A stretch of 53,702 bases of DNA from Clostridiales bacterium DTU036 (lineage in GTDB: Bacteria; Bacillota; Clostridia; Peptostreptococcales; Acidaminobacteraceae), in assembly GCA_001512625.1 (NCBI GenBank), contig LFTD01000109.1, positions 1 to 53,702 on the forward strand, written 5' to 3'. The notes under the pieces were generated by a model. It searched no databases, was not told the origin of the DNA, and saw only the letters and a program-made list of their open reading frames with translations. How positions within the stretch are numbered: position 1 is the stretch's first letter; every line of letters starts with the position of its first letter. Of this stretch, positions 49,000 to 53,702 are shown in pieces. The position numbers and the translations under genes were made by a program.

Positions 49000-50787
49000 A
49001 TGAGAAGAAGTGAAGTAGCCCAGGAGATTACCTGGAATCTTAAGGATTTATTTTCCACTGAAGAAGAGTTTGAAAAAGAAGTGGAAAGACTTATAGAAGA
49101 TGGAAAGAAACTAGAAGGCCAGGATCTGGTCAAGATGACTACAGACCAACTTGCTGACCTACTTACAAATTTTGAAAACTTTATGGTAAAGTCTAGGCTG
49201 GTCTCTACCTATGCCTACTTGGACCTTAGTGTTGATAGGACAAATAATAAGCTGCAAAAGAGGCAGGGCTGGGTTAACGACATAATATCTGAGCTATCTA
49301 CTAAACTCAGCTACCTTGCCACAGATATCCAAAAGGTGGATGAAGATAAACTTCAGAAGCTAGCTTTGGATTACCCCCAGTTTTCCCAGTATGTCAGAGA
49401 GCTTCTCAGGGACAGGCCCCACCTACTAGATGATAGTACAGAAATGGCCCTTGTTGCTCTAGGTGATGCCTTTAGTCTACCCTATGATAGCTACAACATG
49501 ATAAAACTTGCAGATATGGAATTTGGTGATTTTGAGGTTGGTGGAAAGACCTATCCCATGAGCTATATCCTCTATGAAAATGACTATTGCCAAAGCCCAG
49601 ATACAGAGCTAAGAAGGGCTGCCTATGAGAGTTTTTATACCACCATTGGTAAATACAGTTTTGGAATGGGAACAGGCTATCTTAGCCAGGTAAAAACTGA
49701 AAAAGCCATGAGTAAACTTAGAGGATTTAAAAGCGTCAGTGACTACCTTCTCCTTGGCCAAGATGTGCCTAGAGAGGTCTATGAGCTCCACCTTGAAACC
49801 ATGATGGACTACCTATCCCCTGTTATGCAAAAATACGCAGGCTTCTTAAAGGACTACTATAAACTTGATCAGCTCCACTACTCTGACCTCAAGGCTCTAG
49901 TGGATGCAGACTTTAGCCCAGAGACCACAATTGATAAGGCCAAGGAAGATGCTAGGGCAGCCCTAAAACCCCTTGGAGAGGACTATATAAAGATTGTTAA
50001 TGAGGCCCTAGATAACAGATGGATAGACTTTGCTCAAAATGAAGGAAAATCCACCGGAGGTTTTTGTGCCAGTCCCTATGGCAATCATAGCTACATTCTT
50101 ATGACCTGGACGGGCTATTTATCCGATACCTTTACCCTAGTCCACGAGCTTGGCCATGCTGGCCACTTCCAGCTGGCAGGTAAAAGCAATAACTTTTTTA
50201 GCGTCAGGCCCTCTACCTATCTAGTTGAGGCTCCCTCTACCTGTAATGAACTATTTTTAACTGACTATCTTTTTGAAAAGGAAGACAGTATAAGAAACAA
50301 GCGATATGTCGTGGCTTCTTTTTTGGGTAACACCTACTACCATAACTTTGTTACCCACTTTCTTGAGGCCTACTTCCAAAAGCAGGTCTATGATAGTTTA
50401 GATGAGGGAAGGAGCTTGACCACCCAGGACCTCCACCAGATGAAAAAAGAAGTCTTAGAAAAGTTCTGGGGAGATAGTGTAGTAATTGATGACAAGGCGG
50501 GTTATACCTGGATGCGTCAACCCCACTACTACATGGGTCTCTACCCCTACACCTACTCTGCAGGCCTAAGTCTTGCAACCAATGCCTATCTAAGGATAAA
50601 AAGTGGAGAACTCTCTACCCAGGTTTGGTTAGACTTTCTAAAGGCTGGTGGCACTAAAACTCCAGTAGAACTGGCTCAGGTTCTAGATATCGATCTTTAT
50701 GATAATAGCAGCCTAAAGGCCAGCATTTCCTATGTTGAAGGTTTAGTGGATGAGCTTATTAACCTTAGTAAGGAACTAGAAGAATAA
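49000..50787 (+). CDS. pepF: oligoendopeptidase F (M3B family)
   Basis: 595 aa with zinc motif HELGHAGH and M3B-like overall length and architecture. Confidence 0.9.
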   Translation: MRRSEVAQEITWNLKDLFSTEEEFEKEVERLIEDGKKLEGQDLVKMTTDQLADLLTNFENFMVKSRLVSTYAYLDLSVDRTNNKLQKRQGWVNDIISELSTKLSYLATDIQKVDEDKLQKLALDYPQFSQYVRELLRDRPHLLDDSTEMALVALGDAFSLPYDSYNMIKLADMEFGDFEVGGKTYPMSYILYENDYCQSPDTELRRAAYESFYTTIGKYSFGMGTGYLSQVKTEKAMSKLRGFKSVSDYLLLGQDVPREVYELHLETMMDYLSPVMQKYAGFLKDYYKLDQLHYSDLKALVDADFSPETTIDKAKEDARAALKPLGEDYIKIVNEALDNRWIDFAQNEGKSTGGFCASPYGNHSYILMTWTGYLSDTFTLVHELGHAGHFQLAGKSNNFFSVRPSTYLVEAPSTCNELFLTDYLFEKEDSIRNKRYVVASFLGNTYYHNFVTHFLEAYFQKQVYDSLDEGRSLTTQDLHQMKKEVLEKFWGDSVVIDDKAGYTWMRQPHYYMGLYPYTYSAGLSLATNAYLRIKSGELSTQVWLDFLKAGGTKTPVELAQVLDIDLYDNSSLKASISYVEGLVDELINLSKELEE

Positions 50788-50793
50788 ATCCTC

Positions 50794-50815
50794 GCCCCTT
50801 AGGGGGCTTTATTAG
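50794..50815 (+). terminator. terminator after pepF
   Basis: GCCCC-TTAG-GGGGC followed by TTTATT. Confidence 0.5.
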
Positions 50816-50826
50816 TTTAAACTATA

Positions 50827-50855
50827 TTTAAAGAATGGGTTAAATATAGTATAAT
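50827..50855 (+). promoter_or_regulatory. putative promoter of the ABC/surface-protein operon
   Basis: TTTAAA (50827-50832), 17-nt spacer, TATAAT (50850-50855). Confidence 0.35.
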
Positions 50856-50884
50856 GGTACTTGTGTACTAGGAAGGGAGGCCAT

Positions 50885-51592
50885 TTGGAAACCTTAATAA
50901 AGCTAAACCACTTAACAAAAATTTACAGGATGGGTGGAGAAAAAATCTATGCCCTAGATGATGTCAACTTGGAGATTTATAAAGGGGAGATTCTTTGCAT
51001 CCTGGGCACCTCAGGCTCTGGCAAATCTACCCTCTTAAACATGCTGGCAGGCCTGGAAGCTCCCACTAAAGGAGAAATCCACTATGGAAATATAAGGCTG
51101 GACCAGCTTTCTGAAGAAGAACTTACCCTTTTCAGAAGCCTTAATATCGGCTTTGTCTTCCAGTCCTATAACCTGATTCCTACCCTAAATGCTCTGGAGA
51201 ATGTTTCCCTAGGCCTGACTTTTAAGGGAATTCCTAGAAAGGAAAGGGAGAAGGAAGCCAAAAAAATGCTGGAACTTGTAGGCCTGGGAGATAGGCTAAC
51301 CCACAAACCTAGCCAGCTTTCAGGAGGCCAGCAGCAAAGGGTTTCAATTGCCAGAGCCTTTGTGGGTTCGCCTTCTATTATCTTTGCTGATGAGCCCACT
51401 GGTAACCTAGACTCCAAGACTACAATTGAGATTATTGAGCTTATTATAGGTCTTGCAAAAGAGAATAAGCAAACCCTCATTATGGTAACCCACGATGAGA
51501 GTCTAACTGACTATGTCAACCGCTCCTTTCATATGGTGGATGGCAGAATTCAAAAAATAACTGAAAGAGAAAGGTCAAATGATGAAAACTAA
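50885..51592 (+). CDS. MacB/LolD-type ABC transporter ATP-binding protein
   Basis: Walker [20 protein letters not shown], signature LSGGQQQR and Walker [11 protein letters not shown] 50885 after AGGGAGG is preferred, since the track start 50861 would lie at or before the predicted TSS. The start remains uncertain. Confidence 0.88.
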   Translation: METLIKLNHLTKIYRMGGEKIYALDDVNLEIYKGEILCILGTSGSGKSTLLNMLAGLEAPTKGEIHYGNIRLDQLSEEELTLFRSLNIGFVFQSYNLIPTLNALENVSLGLTFKGIPRKEREKEAKKMLELVGLGDRLTHKPSQLSGGQQQRVSIARAFVGSPSIIFADEPTGNLDSKTTIEIIELIIGLAKENKQTLIMVTHDESLTDYVNRSFHMVDGRIQKITERERSNDEN

Positions 51593-53030
51593 ATCAGTTC
51601 TTGTATTTTTACTTATAATCCTGCTGAGCCTTCCCAGTTTTGCAGCTGGAGGAAGCCTCCAAGTAGAGGTCCTAGAAGCTCCAAGCCAGGTTGAAGCTGG
51701 CCAAGATTTTACCCTTAAGTTCCTGGTTAAAAATGAGAGCGAACAAAAAATAGACCAACTAACCAGCCAGCTAGATATCCCTGAATCTGCTCTAGTCCTT
51801 GATCAGGGCTCTAAGTCTAGCTACAACTACTCCCTTGAGGCGGGAGAGGAAGTGCTCCTTCACTTTTCTATGAAGGCCTTAGAAAACATTGAAGAGAGTG
51901 CCCGTTTAAGTTTAACTACCAGCCACAGACATGAAGGTACAGAAGAATGTCCCCTAGGTGATAGTGTAGAAATCGTAAATCAGCTGGCTATAGAGGTTGT
52001 GCCAGTGGCAAGCGATGATGATAATAATGACGATGACACAAATGATGATGATGATAATAATGACGATGACACAAATGATGATGATGATAATTACTATGAT
52101 AACGGCTATACCTATTATAGTGATGATAGCTATGATGATAGTCCCCACAAGAACAAGCCTAAGCTTATTATCTCTAAATATGTAATCGAACCTGAGATGC
52201 CTAGGGCAGGTGAGAAGTTTACCATGACCCTGAGTTTTCATAATACTAATAGTGAAAAAAGCTGTAGAAATATTAAGATTTTTTTGACCAATGAATCAGC
52301 AGGTGAAGGTGAAGGCCTGGCTTCTGGTGGCGTTTTTAGTCCAGTGGAAAGCTCTAATACCTTCTATATCGACTATATAGCTCCAGGCGAGACCAAGGAA
52401 AAAACTATAACCTTTCATACCATTCCCACAGCCCCTTCAAAGACCTACACAATGACCGCAAATTTTGAGTATGAAGATTATCAGGGCACAGAGCTAAAGG
52501 CAACAGAGCTTATTGGTATCCCTGTTGTTCAAATTTCAAAAGTTCAGGTAGATGATCCCCAAATTTCAGAGATGGGTCCAGGTGGGCCTGTAATGATTGA
52601 TCTAAATTTCTACAATACTGGTAGAGATGATCTTACTAACTTTATGGTCTCTGTTGAAGGTGATGGCTTCTCTGCTGATGAAAAGAGATACTTTGTTGGA
52701 AATTTTCAAACCGGAAGCAGTGATAGCTTTTCAACCACGATCTACCCCCTTGAAGAAGGTGAATATAAGGGAAAAATTATTATAAGCTATGAAGATTCAA
52801 CTGGAAGTCCCCACTCCATTGAAAAGGACTTTGAGGGCTACTATACAATGATGGACTTTAGTGATTTTGAGGATTTCCCCATAGATGAAACTCCAAAATC
52901 AGGCCTTCTTTCAAATCCCTATCTTATTGGGGCTGTCCTTCTTGTTCTAGCAGCAGTTACAGGAATAGTATTTAAGAAGAAGAGAGATAAAAAACGACTA
53001 AAGGATCTTGATCTCAATGAAAGGGATTGA
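51579..53030 (+). CDS. secreted, C-terminally membrane-anchored protein with three CARDB/Ig-like modules and a D/N-rich linker
   Basis: 483 aa with a signal peptide (LLSLPSFAAG). Three modules each open with a pattern like AGQDFTLKFLVKN, AGEKFTMTLSFHN or GGPVMIDLNFYN. The C-terminus has a TM helix plus KKKRDKKR. It overlaps both flanking ABC genes. Confidence 0.6.
   Translation: MMKTKSVLVFLLIILLSLPSFAAGGSLQVEVLEAPSQVEAGQDFTLKFLVKNESEQKIDQLTSQLDIPESALVLDQGSKSSYNYSLEAGEEVLLHFSMKALENIEESARLSLTTSHRHEGTEECPLGDSVEIVNQLAIEVVPVASDDDNNDDDTNDDDDNNDDDTNDDDDNYYDNGYTYYSDDSYDDSPHKNKPKLIISKYVIEPEMPRAGEKFTMTLSFHNTNSEKSCRNIKIFLTNESAGEGEGLASGGVFSPVESSNTFYIDYIAPGETKEKTITFHTIPTAPSKTYTMTANFEYEDYQGTELKATELIGIPVVQISKVQVDDPQISEMGPGGPVMIDLNFYNTGRDDLTNFMVSVEGDGFSADEKRYFVGNFQTGSSDSFSTTIYPLEEGEYKGKIIISYEDSTGSPHSIEKDFEGYYTMMDFSDFEDFPIDETPKSGLLSNPYLIGAVLLVLAAVTGIVFKKKRDKKRLKDLDLNERD
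52014..52092 (+). repeat. in-frame tandem repeat (30/33-nt unit, about 2.5 copies) encoding DDDNNDDDTN
   Basis: GATGATGATAATAATGACGATGACACAAAT at 52014-52043. It is repeated with one extra GAT at 52044-52076, with a partial third copy. Confidence 0.8.
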
Positions 53031-53702
53031 TTTACTAAGTATCTCCCTAAGAAACCTCTGGCGTAGAAAGCTTAGAACTTTTCTGACAGTTCTAGGAGTA
53101 GTTATTGGGGCCACCTCTATAATAATCATGATAAGCCTGGGGCTGGCTATAGAAAAAAGCCAGATGGATATCGTAGAAAGCATGGGAGATCTAAAGACAA
53201 TAACCATCTACGATCCCCAGTACTATAGTGATAAAAGTGGCACCAAGGCCCCTCCCCTAAACGATTCAACCATCAATAACTTAAAGACAAAAAAACATGT
53301 CCAGCACATCTATGGAATTAAGGAAGGTTATATACAGGGCACTATTAAGCTTGGAAAATATGAACTTTGGGGAAGCATAGTTGGTGTTGACCCCCAGTAC
53401 TTTGAGGATTTTGAAAAAAGTATAAGTGATGGAAGGCTACTGGTTCCTAATGACAAATACTCTTTTCTCCTCCCTGGCTCAATGAAGTATTCCCTCTGGG
53501 ATTATAAAACAGAGACCTCTGCTGCAGAAGACCCAAATTTTGATATGCTCCAAGAGAAGTTTTCCATAACTCTTGGCTGGGATGACCCAGGGTCCAAAAC
53601 AAAAAAAATAAAGGCAAATATTGTAGGTATCCTGGATACCCAGGACTGGAACATGTATACCACAATGGATAGTTTCGAGCAGATTATGGCTGAGCAAAAG
53701 AA
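53017..53702 (+). CDS. MacB/FtsX-family ABC transporter permease (5' partial, runs off the window)
   Basis: From ATG 53017: MKGIDLLSISLRNLWRRKLRTFLTVLGVVIGATSIIIMISLG, followed by an extracytoplasmic domain. The frame is open to the window end. It is absent from the ORF track because there is no stop. Confidence 0.8.
   Translation, partial: MKGIDLLSISLRNLWRRKLRTFLTVLGVVIGATSIIIMISLGLAIEKSQMDIVESMGDLKTITIYDPQYYSDKSGTKAPPLNDSTINNLKTKKHVQHIYGIKEGYIQGTIKLGKYELWGSIVGVDPQYFEDFEKSISDGRLLVPNDKYSFLLPGSMKYSLWDYKTETSAAEDPNFDMLQEKFSITLGWDDPGSKTKKIKANIVGILDTQDWNMYTTMDSFEQIMAEQK

Noticed and set aside
52014-52092. Direct repeats checked as a possible CRISPR array.
   Set aside because: The repeats are contiguous with no spacers, in frame inside a CDS, and only about 2.5 copies. 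No cas genes are in the window.
51954-52241. Ile- and Met-rich ORFs (51954-52241 minus, 51997-52185 plus) overlapping the D/N repeat.
   Set aside because: They are alternate-frame and antisense translations of the GAT/AAT-rich tandem repeat inside the 483-aa surface protein gene. Their composition is non-protein-like.
53447-53697. Two 72-aa minus-strand ORFs at the right edge of the window.
   Set aside because: They are antisense to the open, clearly FtsX/MacB-like plus-strand frame that runs off the window end.

Overview
This 53.7-kb window is from a low-GC anaerobic Firmicute, Clostridia/Tissierellia-like by gene content. It is almost entirely tightly packed core metabolism. About 41 kb (5.4-46.9 kb) is transcribed on the minus strand. 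All homology calls come from motif and architecture recognition by eye; no searches were run.

Main content, left to right:
- ychF, an RsuA-family pseudouridine synthase, thpR, nadE and an MBL-fold hydrolase.
- A complete glycine reductase operon (grdX-trxB-trxA-grdE-grdA-grdB-grdC-grdD). grdA and grdB carry in-frame UGA selenocysteine codons, which the ORF track splits.
- A split ChrA transporter pair, an M42 peptidase and a zincin-like protein.
- An orphan cobK/cbiJ-like gene, a membrane pyrophosphatase, secG and a ferritin-like protein.
- oppABCDF followed by an amidohydrolase.
- The glycolytic operon gap-pgk-tpiA-gpmI-eno, directly preceded by rpoN and a BMP-family nucleoside ABC transporter.
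- An 8-gene translationally coupled cluster: RluA-family synthase, HEPN-like protein, SAD/uridine-kinase-like protein, membrane PP2C, QueG-like/Kbl fused ORF, nth, a small hypothetical and trmL.
- fba, a minimal A24 peptidase and pepF.
- A MacB-type ABC pair flanking a repeat-containing surface protein.

I found no rRNA, tRNA, CRISPR array, transposase, integrase or prophage signature.

I cannot support a clearly novel system from the sequence alone. The best candidates for follow-up are:
- the stop-less in-frame QueG-like/Kbl fusion;
- the 253-aa protein with an RN-x5-H (HEPN-like) motif embedded in an RNA-modification operon;
- the recoding signals and atypical CEPC thioredoxin of the grd operon;
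- the ABC/three-Ig-domain surface protein module.
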